Positions 12,832 to 24,500 of a stretch of DNA of 64,000 bases are shown piece by piece. Positions within the stretch are counted from its first letter, which is position 1; every line of letters starts with the position of its first letter. Both the position numbers and the translations under genes were made by a program. The DNA is from Lama glama (Eukaryota). The stretch spans positions 107,014,001 to 107,078,000 of the forward strand of contig CM052817.1 of the NCBI GenBank assembly GCA_028534125.1, given 5' to 3'. The notes beneath the pieces were generated by a model that did not search any database, was not told where the DNA came from, and saw only the letters and a program-made list of their open reading frames with translations.

Positions 12832-13429
12832 GTCATTTCTAACTCTGGAGCGTGATTTGCCCCCCACCCAAAAAACACTGTCAGGGGAGAAAAGAGAGGT
12901 CAGAACTGAGACTCAAAGAAACGTCTAGAGCAGGTGACAAGCTATTTATTAAAGCTGTTAGAGACAGGAAAGGCATCCTGGACAGGGCACCAGCAGCCCC
13001 AGGGCCTGGACACACCGTAACCCCTGCTCCCCCCGCCCCCACAGTGCTGCTGTGGCAACGCACAAAGCCAGCAGCGCCCCATGCCCACGCCCACCGTGCC
13101 TGCCCCGCACGCCCGAACCTCGCCGGAGCCGGGGGCACTGACCACCTGCCAGTGACCACTAGTATCAGCGGGCATTCAACACTCCTGTCACAGTTTCTCT
13201 CTCCCGTCCAGACTCCTCAGCGCCCACCACTGAACCCCCTAGCCCACCCACTGACTACGGCTCTGACCGTAAGACAGTCTGTGAAAAGGGTTTCACCCAC
13301 TTCTGCAGTGACCTCCCTCCTCCCTGCACGGAGCTCTCCCCACTGGGTCACTGCCATCAGCGCACAAACACGTATCTTCGGGCTTTAAGGAAACAAATCC
13401 CCCTGACCTCACAGCTCCAGCCAGGACCC

Positions 13430-13660
13430 CATCTCCCTGCTGATGAAATGATAAAACCTCTTTCTCCAGGGCCCGTCTTCAGAGCATGATCTACTTCACT
13501 GAGGGGCTCCCCAGGTCACCTGTGACTCCCACGCTGTTACGTCCAAGGGCAGGTCTCTAGTCTCACCTTATTGATGCTCCCTGAAGCAGCGAACAAACAG
13601 ACCCCTTCCTCCTCAAGACACTGTTACCCCTCGGCTTTGATGGCACACTGCGGGGGTCTC
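13430..13660 (+). mobile_element. L2 LINE relic
   Basis: cttcactgaggggctccccaggtcacctgtgactccc...tccaagggcaggtctctagtctcacctta...ttcctcctcaagacactgttacccctcggcttt resembles the degenerate L2 RT region. Confidence 0.5.
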
Positions 13661-13860
13661 TGGGTGTGGCAGCCCCACGTCCCAGGCAGGCACACGGACA
13701 CACCCAATAACACTGCAGGACGGAGGAGACAGAAGCATCCGCGGGCAGAGAGCTGCAGGTGAGCGGTGGACCGAGGTCGGGACAGACAGTTCAGGACTGC
13801 TAGCCAAGCGTCAGGCTGGGGCTCAAAGAGACACCACTAGTAACGGAGGGTGATGTCTGA

Positions 13861-14006
13861 TTCTGTGTTTTGTTGTTGTTGTTGTTTGAGGGGGGAGTAG
13901 GTTTATGTATTCATTTATTTGTTTTTAATGGAGGCACTGGGGATGGAATCCAGGACCTCGCACCTGCTGAGCACACCCTCTACCACTGAGCTCTGCCCTC
14001 CCGCCT
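13861..14006 (-). mobile_element. tRNA-Ala-derived SINE, long form
   Basis: Reverse-complement A and B boxes; (ttg)n tail; TSD tgatgt(c/t)tga at 13851-13860 and 14007-14016. Confidence 0.88.
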
Positions 14007-14787
14007 TGATGTTTGACCTGAGAAGTCGGTTCCATCATTTGCTCATCACTTTTGATCAGCCTTGTTGGTAAACGACCCTCCTGAGACATGAAGCTGCCAG
14101 CACACCACCCCTTGTAGTGATTAGGGTTAACAGATTAATATTTTGAAAGGGCAATACATTGATCGTTTACTCTTGACAACTATCTGTTGAACCTAATAAT
14201 TGCCCATCCTGAGAAGCAGAATGCTTTGGTGATCTCAATACGGGTGTGTCAGTTTTTTAACTGCTTCTGGGCTGGATGTGGGGGAAATAATGGTCAAAGA
14301 TTGTGGGAAAACAGTCAAGTCCCAGAGGACTGACTCACTGTCACACACACACACACAACTTTATGCATCCAGGTGTACATTTTCATCCAATTATGTATTC
14401 AGTTATACATGTGTTTATAAGTACAGATATTTTTAAGTTAAAACAGAAGTACGTTTCTATGACTCCCTGTCTAACCAACTATTTCATTAACTGTCCAACT
14501 ACAGGCTCCAATCACCCGCTTCTGCAAAACACTGTGATAAAGGAATGTATAAAACAATGCCTAAGAGGTAGTTCTTGTAGCTATTAGTCCTTACTCATTC
14601 TGCTGCCATCCACTAACTGTCGGTCATTTCAAGTAACAACTGAATAAAGTGCGACGGCTTCTCTTGGGAGGAAGGAAGGGAAGAGGAAGGGTCGGGGAGG
14701 GAGGAAGACTTTTTTCTTTTAAAGAAATATTAGAAACTTCCAACAGTGCTGGCCATAGAGGAAACTGATGAAAAGTGTATGCTATCA

Positions 14788-15958
14788 GCAGTGCTCCCCT
14801 AGGGCAGTCTGCCCAAGCAATAGAAATAAAAGCAAGAATAAACAAATGGGACCTAGTTAAACTTACAAGCTTTTGCACAGCAAAGGAAACCATAAGCAAA
14901 ACAAAACAGCAACCTATGAAATGGGAGAAAATATTTACAAAAGATGAAACTGACAAGGGCTTGATTTCCAGACTATATAAACAGCTCATATGCCTTAACA
15001 AGAAAAAAACCAAACAACCCAATCCGAAAATGGGCAGAAGACCTAAACAAGCAATTCTCCATTGAAGACATACGAGTAACCAATAGGCAAATGAAAAAAA
15101 TGCTCAATATCGCTAATTATCAGAGATGCAAATCAAAACTACAATGAGGTATCACCTCACATCAGCCAGAATGGCCATCATTCAAAAGTACACAAATGAT
15201 AAATGCTGGAGAGGGTGTGGAGAAAAGGGAATCTTCCTATATTGTTTGTGGGAATGCAGTTTCGTGCAGCCATTGTGGAAAACAGTACAGAGATTCCTCA
15301 AAAGACTAAAAACAGACTTAACCATATGACCCACCAATCCCACTCCTGGGCATATATCCAGAAGGAACCCTAATTCAAAGACACCTGCACCCCAATGTTC
15401 ATAGCAGCACTATTTACGATAGCCAAGAAATGGAAACAACCTAAATGCCCATTGAGAGATGACTGGATAAAGAAGATGTGGTGTATTTATACAATGAAAT
15501 TCTACTCAGCCATAAAAAATGATAAAATAATGCCATTTGCAGCAACGTGGACAGACCTGGAGAATGTCATTCTAAGTGAAGCCAGAAAGAGAAAGAAAAA
15601 TACCATATGATATTACTCATATGTGGAATCTAATTAAATAAAAAAAAAAGACAAATGAACTTATATATAAAACAGAAACAGATGTGCAGACATAGAATAC
15701 AGACTTGCGGTAGCCAGTGGGGAAGAGGGTGGGAAGGGATAGACTGGGAGTTCAAGATTTGTAGATACCAACTGGTATATATAAAATAAACAAGTTTATA
15801 CTGTATAGCACAGGGAAATATATACAAGATCTTGTAGTAGCTCACGGTGAAAAAGAATATGAAAATGAATATATGTCTATTCATATGTGACTGAAGCATT
15901 GTGCTGTACACCAGAAACTGACACAACATTGTAAACTGACTGTACCTCAATTAAAAAA
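14788..15958 (+). mobile_element. 5'-truncated, fairly young L1 (ORF2 C-terminus + 3'UTR + polyA), antisense to RAPGEF2
   Basis: ORF fragments [48 protein letters not shown] and [19 protein letters not shown] are frameshifted L1 ORF2 C-terminus. PolyA tail; TSD aaaagtg(t/c)atg(c/t)tatca at 14771-14787 and 15959-15975. Confidence 0.95.
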
Positions 15959-16060
15959 AAAAGTGCATGTTATCACTTCATTTAATCCCGTTATAAGTTA
16001 CTGCTATCTTCTCATGTAAGAAGGGATGTAAGACCAATGTGTTATTTTAAAAACTCGATG

Positions 16061-16196
16061 GGGGGGGCAGATTATAGCTCAAGTGGTAGAGTGCATGTTT
16101 AGTGTGCATGAGGTTCTGGGTTTGATCTCTAGTACCTCTTCTAAGAATAAATAAACAAATAAATAAACCTAATTGCCGCCCCCCCCCCAAAAAAAC
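16061..16196 (+). mobile_element. tRNA-Ala-derived SINE, long form, gctcAagtgg variant
   Basis: Perfect 13-bp TSD taaaaactcgatg at 16048-16060 and 16197-16209. Confidence 0.92.
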
Positions 16197-19100
16197 TAAA
16201 AACTCGATGAGGACAGTTTTAAGGTGATTTGTAGTTTTTCTTTTGTTTTCCTATTTTTCCCATCCCTTCCTCCCCAGTTTAATCTGTGCCGTTCCTGTTG
16301 GATGTCGCCAGTACCTGAAGGAAAACCTCACCGGCCGTGTACCACTTCCAGAACTCTGACCCCCAGTTAACGTCCAATAAAGGTACCTTCCGCCAGTGAG
16401 TTTTTTTCAAAATGCCACACTCCATCTCCAATGAGGCATCACAAGACACAGCAAATGTGCACCCTTTCAAGAAGATGGTGTCCACGTGGAATGAGGGACA
16501 CATAACTGTGCCTCCAGTCCCCACCCCACAGACACAGAATTATCCTTCCACTGTTTCACCCACTTCCACTACTGGGGGGAAAAAACCAGCAAGTTCTCAG
16601 CAATCAATTAACTTACCCCACAGCACTGGCAGGCAGAAAGGAGGCCTGCGATTTTTAGACTCAAGTAGCTCGTTGTTTGTCACGTGAATCGTACAGTATT
16701 CCAGCCTCTCAGAACTGATTAGCTCAATGTCTTGTTTCCCACTTATCCTCATCAGAGCTGCCAGCTCTAATTTAAAATGGGATTACGGCGGGTACCACGG
16801 CGTAATGTTCCTCCCGAGACTGTGGTGGACCTGGGATGGATGGAGGGAAAGGCTCTGGACCGTGGCCTGGCCGTCCCCGGAGAGATAAACAATACACGTG
16901 CTTCTCCCAGCCTCCCGCCCGTGTCACCTGAGACCCACCCACCTGCAGTCTGGGCCTTTCCAGCCGGGTCTGCACACCTTTAAACTGGACGTCCTCAGCG
17001 ATGCTTCCACAGCCCCTGCACGCCCGATAGAGCACCCCTACCCTAGATGAGCAATCCTGTCCTCGGGCTTCCACTCGAGGAAGGGGCTCCTCGCCATGTC
17101 TGCATTTCCTCCCAACCACGTCCAACAGTCTAAGTCAGAAACCCAACTCCAAACTCACTTATCTAGGAGCCCCCTCTGACTGATTACCACATACACTAAA
17201 ATATTGTCTTTGATGGGATTTTACACTCGCTGTGGACTTGGCTGCGTTAATTTACACTCCACCATGTAATAACCCCGAGGCAATTTCCTCATGCCGCACA
17301 CACGACCACCTCACCTGCCCAGCCAGACCTTCGCGTGCGTGACTGTCGCTTCCACTGGGAACTCCAGAACCAAGGGACCAAATGGCAGGAGTGCATGCAA
17401 GTTTCAGCTGATGTTGGAAGTACCATGGAAATAACGCCTCAAAACTGCAATTCTACCAAACCTACTTTAGAATGAGGCAGAACTACCATATATATGAAAA
17501 GGGCCTGTGAACCAGCCCAAAACTGTGACAGCATTTCAAGGTTCAGCCTTCCCACGGACAGGGCTTTGCCAGTCATAGATGTAATTTCCTACGACATTTG
17601 TAGCGTTAGGTTACTCTGACTGCTAGGTCTGCAGCCTGACAAAACCTGGCAGCTGGACCCTCCCGTCCGTGCACTGCAAGCCTTCATCCGCCTGTGTAGG
17701 CCTTTGTCGCCAGGCCGTCTGGCTCCCAGTGTTAATTACCAACCTTCTCTTGGCACCTTCCAGGTTCCTAGGCTAACGGCTACCCTGGCCTTGTCTTTCA
17801 ACCTTACGGCCCTGCCCTGGCACCACGCGGGTATGCAGGGAAGGGACTGTTGACCACTTGCTCAGGATATGAAAAATACAGACAGGTTTTAACTGTCAGA
17901 GCAATAAAAATACTGCTTGTTTATGATTAAATACAGTGCACATGATCATTTCACTTCTCTGGGGGCCCCCATGATAAAACTGACTCCACTGACAAAATCA
18001 GATTCAGTGTTTTAATAAGAGTGTTTTCACCCCACCCCCCAGGATTGTGACCAACATAAATTCAAAAGAGAGTCTGTATAATAATAATGCTTTGTGTCTT
18101 AAATATCTACTGTACTGATTTTTTTTTGCAAATACATGCAAAAATGATCACTACATTAGTTGAAAAGGATTCCAGCTGTGAGTTAATATACAACCTAGAT
18201 AAACGATCTCCTTCTCTAATAAACAATCCAAACAGTGAGGTGAAAGTTTAGAAACACAGTGCAAACCTAGCTTTAGTATCTAAATCAGAATTATCAGCCT
18301 TTCCAAGAAGTCAGCAGCCAGAAAATCACATTCATCCAAGTTATGATACTGTGATTTTACTGTAAACAGGACTCAGCAGACACAGTGGGGCAATGTTAGA
18401 AGTGAGAAAACTTAAAGTACATAACAATTTCTACTACACTTTCTTAAATACACTGATTCAGAGAGTATTAGGGCAATAAACTTTGTTGGTATTTTCCTGC
18501 CCATTATGTACAAAAAACCAAATACTCTTTAAAAACCACTTCTAAACCTGCAACTTCAGCTAAGATAATTTTCATCTATTGCTGTCCAGCCCCGGGGCTG
18601 CTGCAAATGATGCCTTTGAGAAAATTAGTGGGAAGAACTCCTTCCTCAACTTACTTCACCAGCCTCTGCCTGTCACTGTCCTAACACACCAACCCACCAC
18701 GGCTGTGGGTGTAAACAGCATGTCAGAGAGTTGTGCAGTGCACAACCTGAACAACTCAGTGACCACAACTGCTTCGTTCACAGGCTTGGGAAAACACATG
18801 CTGCTTATACTGTTTCTATATTCACCTACCGTGAGGGTCCCCTCTGGCATTTTTGGAAATGAGAACGAGACTAACTTTTGCTGGATTCCTGCGTTATCTC
18901 TGCTCACCATCTTTCTGATCACACGAAGATGCTGAATTTATTTTAAATTAGACTTTAGGAAAAACAAATATACCTATAAACTGCACCTTGTTTCAAGAAC
19001 ATAAATGGCACTCCAACAAGAGCTTGGCTTTGTCTTAGGGCAGCATTATATGTAACAATATTACAAGTGACACCACAGTCACTTGTGCAAATATCCAAGT

Positions 19101-19353
19101 TTCAAAACTTGGTACACTTCAAACAGGTTTAGGATAAAACTCATAAAGCAACATTCGTATCAGTGAAACGGCTTGGAGCAGGGCCAAGTGAGCAGGCTGC
19201 CACTGACAGTCACAAAAATGTGTAAGTTCCATAAAAGTTAAAAGTCTTAGCAAGGAACAACAATCATGCTTGAATGACCAAAGTAAAGTGTAACCAAAAC
19301 CCACTTTTATTTGTGGTTTTTGAGAGAAAATAAAAATAAAAATGAAAAGTAAA

Positions 19354-19530
19354 GGGGTGGGGGCGGGGAGAGCTCAGTGGTAGAGTACGTGCTTAGCATG
19401 CACAAGGTCCTGGGTTCAATCCCCAGTACCTCTGTTAAAAATAAACAAACAAATAAATAAATCTAATTACCTCTCCCCCCAAAAAACCAAACTCAAAAAA
19501 AAAGCTGAAATTAGTTAATTAATTTTAAAA
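19354..19530 (+). mobile_element. tRNA-Ala-derived SINE, long form
   Basis: agctcagtggtagagtacgtgcttagcatgcacaaggtcctgggttcaatccccagtacctc followed by ctaattacctctcccccc and an A tail. Confidence 0.9.
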
Positions 19531-19722
19531 ATATAAAATGCTGACCTAAATGTCAACTGAGGAATTCAGTGACGCTAAAGAAATTTGGAAGCCAAACGAC
19601 AGGCTTTCTGCAATGTCCATCACCCTTCTCGCTTAATGGTGTCAGGTGTCAGAGCAATTTCATGAGAAGTAGTTAAAAACATGAAAATGTCGTCCAAAGT
19701 ACTTTGATCCAGAACTAACCGT

Positions 19723-19850
19723 TGGGGGTGGGGTATAGCTCAAGTGGTCCAGCGTGTACTTATCATGCACAAGGTCCTGGGTTCAATCCCCAGTACCTCC
19801 TCTAAAAATAAACAAAATAAATTACCCCTCCTTCAAAAAAAAAAAAAAAA
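19723..19850 (+). mobile_element. tRNA-Ala-derived SINE, gctcAagtgg variant
   Basis: A and B boxes, polyA tail; TSD actaac(c/t)gtt on both sides. Confidence 0.9.
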
Positions 19851-20955
19851 CACTAACTGTTTGAGCTGAATCACCTGTCAAAATGAGTTGACACTTTCAA
19901 GAGAACAATCAGGTTACTTATTACGCGTACTGATAGCCAGTCTCCAGGCTGACAGGATAAAAACATGGTAAATGTGGAGTCCTCTGTGAACCAGTTGTTT
20001 TGTAAAAACAGACTGTTACTAACACCTAATCCATATTGTGCTTTAACCAAACCTCAGTGTTTCCTGGAATCACTAATGTCCACCTTTAACGCAGCCCCGT
20101 AGAGGCTCCTTCCAACAAGAACAATCTCAGTGCTATTCCTAAGGCCACATCTCCAAAGGAAACAAACAACGTGGACACGGCCAAGGCTGCCAGGTGCAGC
20201 ATGAGGAAATCGCCTATATTTAGCACCGGCTTATCATTCCGCCTGGAACGCTACTCCAGCCTTCATGCCACAAGAGTCCTGATTCGCGAGCATCTGACAT
20301 CCAGCCAGAGAGAGTCGCTTATGGCATCTTTGAAAATAATTAGACATGGGATCCAATGTGCTCATGAAACAAGGCTGAACTGCAAGTCCCCTTTCTTCTG
20401 GAACAGCAGCTTTCCGAACACTGGGTCCCCTGTCCGGAAGTTAGGACAAGCTGTGACTTGACCAGCTGACAGTGGCTGGTTGTCAGGAAAAGACCACCCC
20501 GGGCTCCTCTGCCGTTCTGGGAATTGTCCACAGACTTGTACAACAGACCTCGCAGAGCGATGGTGAGGAAGCCACCAACCTCGGTTCTCTCCAAGATGCA
20601 TAAATTTTAAATCACATTCACTATAGCATTATTTGTAAGAAAAAGTATCAAAAATTTACCCTTTACAATTATTAACTGAATTGTGGGAAGTTCAAATAAC
20701 TGAACATTAAACAGACATCAAAATGTATAAAGACGAAGACTTTACAAAGAGTTTTTGATGTTACAAGGCAAGTGTACGTATACATATTCTTTAATTGAAA
20801 GAGCAAGATATTAAACCATTTATAAAGTACGCTCTTAAGTATGCAGAACACATACACATAAGACTAGACTGGAAAAGCCCAGAGTATTCAAGAATGATGA
20901 TCTTGGATGAGAGACTTCAGGTGGTATGTTTCCTTCTCTGTACTGCTGATGATTT

Positions 20956-21114
20956 TTAAAAATATCTTATTTATTTTTTTTTTATTTTGTTTCGGGGGGA
21001 GGCAATTAGGTTTATTTATTTATTTCCTTATTTTTGGAGGAGGTACTGGGGATTGAATCCAGGACCTCATGTGTGCTAAGCACGCGCTCTACCACTGAGC
21101 TGTACCCTCCCCCT
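20956..21114 (-). mobile_element. tRNA-Ala-derived SINE, long form
   Basis: Reverse-complement body; TSD tgctgat(g/c)attt at 20944-20955 and 21115-21126. Confidence 0.9.
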
Positions 21115-21769
21115 TGCTGATCATTTATATAGCAATTATGATTGCTTTTTACATTAAAATTATACGTAATTTTTAAAATATGCTGATGCTTGAATATTAT
21201 TTGCCTATACCCACACCCAAGTTCAGAAACAGAGGCAGAGCCTCCAGGAAGAGAACAGAGGGTAGGTCCTGTGTCGGAAGAGCAGGACAGTGGGCAGCGT
21301 TCCCTCTCTGCTCCTCAGGACACAAGCCCTCGAGCCACAGGGCCCACCCATGGGGGGCGCAGGCCTCCTGGGCAGAATCTGGGGGCACCCCCAGCAGCTG
21401 CACCTCTGGGCTCCTCAGTTATGAAAGCAGGTCACCCTCGCACCCACCCCGAAGGGCAGTCATGAAATTGCACGACTGGACAGACACAAGGCTTCTTGGA
21501 CGACGCCTGCGAGCGGACAGCACTCCCTGTCAAAGCCCGAGCTGCTCTCCCATCACCGCATTCCAGGACGACTGTCACCTCCCTCTGGGACGACGCCAGC
21601 ACCAGGACATCCCGCACCTGCCGCTGTTAAGGACAACAGACCTGCCTGGTGTTCCCTCTTGTCTCTCGCCTCTCATCTCTGTGGCATTTCCTCCCTGATC
21701 TGTCACTTTTTCCTTCTGCTAACTTAAGGTTTTGTTTGTCCTTCTGTCTCTAATTCTTTTAAGTGGTCG

Positions 21770-22070
21770 ATTTACTGAACAGAGACAGACTCACAGACAG
21801 AAAACACACCTACGGTTACCAAAGGGGGAAAGAGGAGAGGGACAAACTGGGAGTTTGGGATTAACAGACGCAAACCACTGTATATAAAGCAAAGAAACAG
21901 CAAGTTTCCACTGCACAGCACAGGGAACTAGATTCAGTATCCTGTAATCATCTAGAATGAGAAAGGATATGAAAATGAATATATACATGTTTAACTGAAT
22001 CACTACACGGTACATCAGAAACTAACACAACATTGTAAACCAACTACATTTCAATAAAAAATAAAAAAAG
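21770..22070 (+). mobile_element. L1 3'UTR fragment with AATAAA and A tail
   Basis: Colinear with the 3'UTR of the 14.8-kb L1 (acagac..ggttacc..gggagtttggga..cacagggaact..aaactaacacaacattgtaaac..caataaaaa). Confidence 0.85.
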
Positions 22071-23201
22071 AACCGCCACCACCAAACCGGCAGCAGGGCG
22101 CCTCTCCGTCGGGGGGCCGGCCGACCTGACCTGGGGGGCGCCGAGGACAAGGAGGCCTGGCCCCGCGCTGGAGGCCGCGCTGCACCCCGGCCTTCCTCAC
22201 TGCCGCCTGGGCCCAGCCCGGCCCCCTGGGCGTCCCCTAGAACAACAGAAACCACCTCTCCCGGCTCACTCGCTCTTCCTACAGAAACGCGCGCACATCT
22301 TCAGAGCACTGTCTTACCACGTCCCTGGCCCATTCAGGAGGACTCATCAGGACTATACTCTCACATTCTGATGAGAGTGAGGTTACAGGAGGTGGGGCAG
22401 GAGGGGCACAGGCCACCACACTTTAATTAATGTAGTCAATTTAAAAAAAAATACTTATTTAGTAATTTTAAATAAAGATATGAAATCAGTTAAGATTTTA
22501 AAAAGCCTTTAATCAAAATAAACATACTTAACTGTGAAAAGCGCACAGTTGGGGGAGAACAACTGAAACTGGGGGTCTCTGGAGCACCAGGACCCCTGCA
22601 GAGGCAGCCAGGCCAGTGCACGGCGCCCCGCCCCCCCACCAGACCCGGTCTGCAGGGTCTGGAGAAAAGACCCAGGCATCAGGGTCAAGCGTGCCAGCGC
22701 TGGGGACGAGGGCGCTCTGCAGCAGTCAGCACAGGGGAGCCGAGTCCCTGGGAGGGCAGCCCCAATGGCCGAAGGGGGCCCTGCACACGGCCTGGCAGCA
22801 GACAGACAGGCGGCCACCCGCCCCGCTCCCCGCTCCCCGCTCCAAGTCCCCTGGCCCCGGGGACCGCTCCCTGCCTCTCTGCAGACTCGAGTGAAGCCCG
22901 TCACAGACACAGGTCTATTCCTGACCAACGCACGGGCGCTGCCTGACCTGGTGTGGTCATGTCACATATGCAAAATACAAAGAAGTCAACGGAGAGACTC
23001 AGTCCCCCCACCTTTCCTCTGTCCTCCCCCTTAAGAGGCTGGAACTGGGGCTACAACATTCAACAGTCCTTTCTTAAAGATCTCTATGCCAGCAGCCGAG
23101 GTGTGGCCCCGCTCTGCCAGAAGAGAGAGGCAGAGAGAGGAACTCCACAGAAGGACGGCCAGCTTCGTGGAAGCGGGACCACAGAAACGTGTGCACAGTA
23201 C

Positions 23202-23285
23202 CTGCTGCGTGGAAGAAACATGGACTCCTTAATGAACACGGAACCAGAGAGCAGGATATACCAGCAGGTCCCAATATCATCAGGG
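23202..23285 (-). CDS. RAPGEF2: RAPGEF2 coding exon 4 (84 nt, phase 2->2), PDDIGTCWYILLSGSVFIKESMFLPRS(S)
   Basis: ...cttttctttcag|CCCTGATGATATTGGG...CGCAGCAG|gtactg; WYILLSGSV is typical of cNMP-binding-like domains. Confidence 0.96.
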
Positions 23286-24189
23286 CTGAAAGAAAAGACA
23301 ATAAAATTAGGTAGTTATCTCTAACCAAAAAAAAGAAAATAAAAAACATACATAGCACCAAGTATAGTACCCATGCTAATCCTAGAATCCTGAAAAAAAT
23401 GAATAGCATAAAACAGGCACACAAAATATCATTATTTAGCTATTGGAGTCCGTTTTTTATTACCCAAATAAGCTACATGTATTTATCAGCATACTTAAAT
23501 GTTTTAAATGTTCCTCAGACCTACAGCACTTTATTTTATTTTTTATAAGTTTTATTTTTTCATCTAATTTTTTCAATCTGAAAAGACTTCCCCTTGCTTC
23601 ATAAAACAAAAAATATAAAGAGGTCAACAGTGAGACTCAGTTCCCCCGCTTTCCCTGTCCACCAAGCTCCCACGTCCCTGCACCAGATGTGCTGGAATTC
23701 TTTCAGAGTTTCCTTACACACACGTACACAAAAATGGGCCCATTCTTATGCCTTCCTCCACCTTTTTTTCCATTTTACAGCACAGACAGCATGCTGTACA
23801 GTGCTCTTTCCTTTGTGCTCTTAGAGGCCTTCTCATCAGAAGATGGCTTTCTTGTTCAGTCCAGACGTGCCTTGCTGGACTGAAGCAGCCCCCTCCTGCT
23901 GGCATTTCAGTGGATTTAATGCATGCAGTTAAAAGAAAATTCAGCCTGTAATGAGTGATCTTGTACCTCCAGCAGTAACTGTGATGAGTAACCAGAAGTC
24001 CAGCTGGGGGGTGAAAGGTCACACCCCCGTGACCCTGATAAACACGGCCAGGGGTCCTTCCCAGGCGGTGCACCCCAGAGGCTCCCGGCCTCCTGCAGCC
24101 CTCCTAGGGGAGTCTGCCTATTTGTCTAACAGACGTTTAACACCTCACAGTGAGGGCTGTTCCAGGTGACCTTAGGACACCTCACAAAA

Positions 24190-24500
24190 CAACAACAACA
24201 AAGATCCCTGACCTCATGGAGCTTATATCCTGGGGAGACAATACACACAACAGACAATAAAAACATAATACATCAGTAAATTATAAGTCCATGCTCTGGG
24301 GCATAAATTAGTGGAGGGTAAGGAAAACAGGGGTGGGTGATACAATTTTAAATGTGTGATCAGGACAAGTCTCGCTGAAAGAGCCTGTCTGATCAGAGGA
24401 GCGGAGCACCCCTGGCCCGGGGCAGGGAGGTGAGTGCAGAGGCCCAGGCGGGCGGCGCCGGGCAGGGCGGCCAGGGAGGGGCTGGAGACTGGCTGTCATG
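24190..24500 (-). mobile_element. L2 3'-end relic
   Basis: acaaagatccctgacctcatggagcttatatcctgggg...ttttaaatgtgtgatcaggacaagtctcgctga resembles the reverse L2 3' end. Confidence 0.6.

Noticed and set aside
12287..12928. ORFs of about 190-270 aa spanning N runs (also 40226-40993 and 56624-57543)
   Set aside because: Artefacts of translating assembly gaps.
14775..15610. ORFs resembling a real protein
   Set aside because: Frameshifted L1 ORF2 C-terminal remnants of a 5'-truncated copy.
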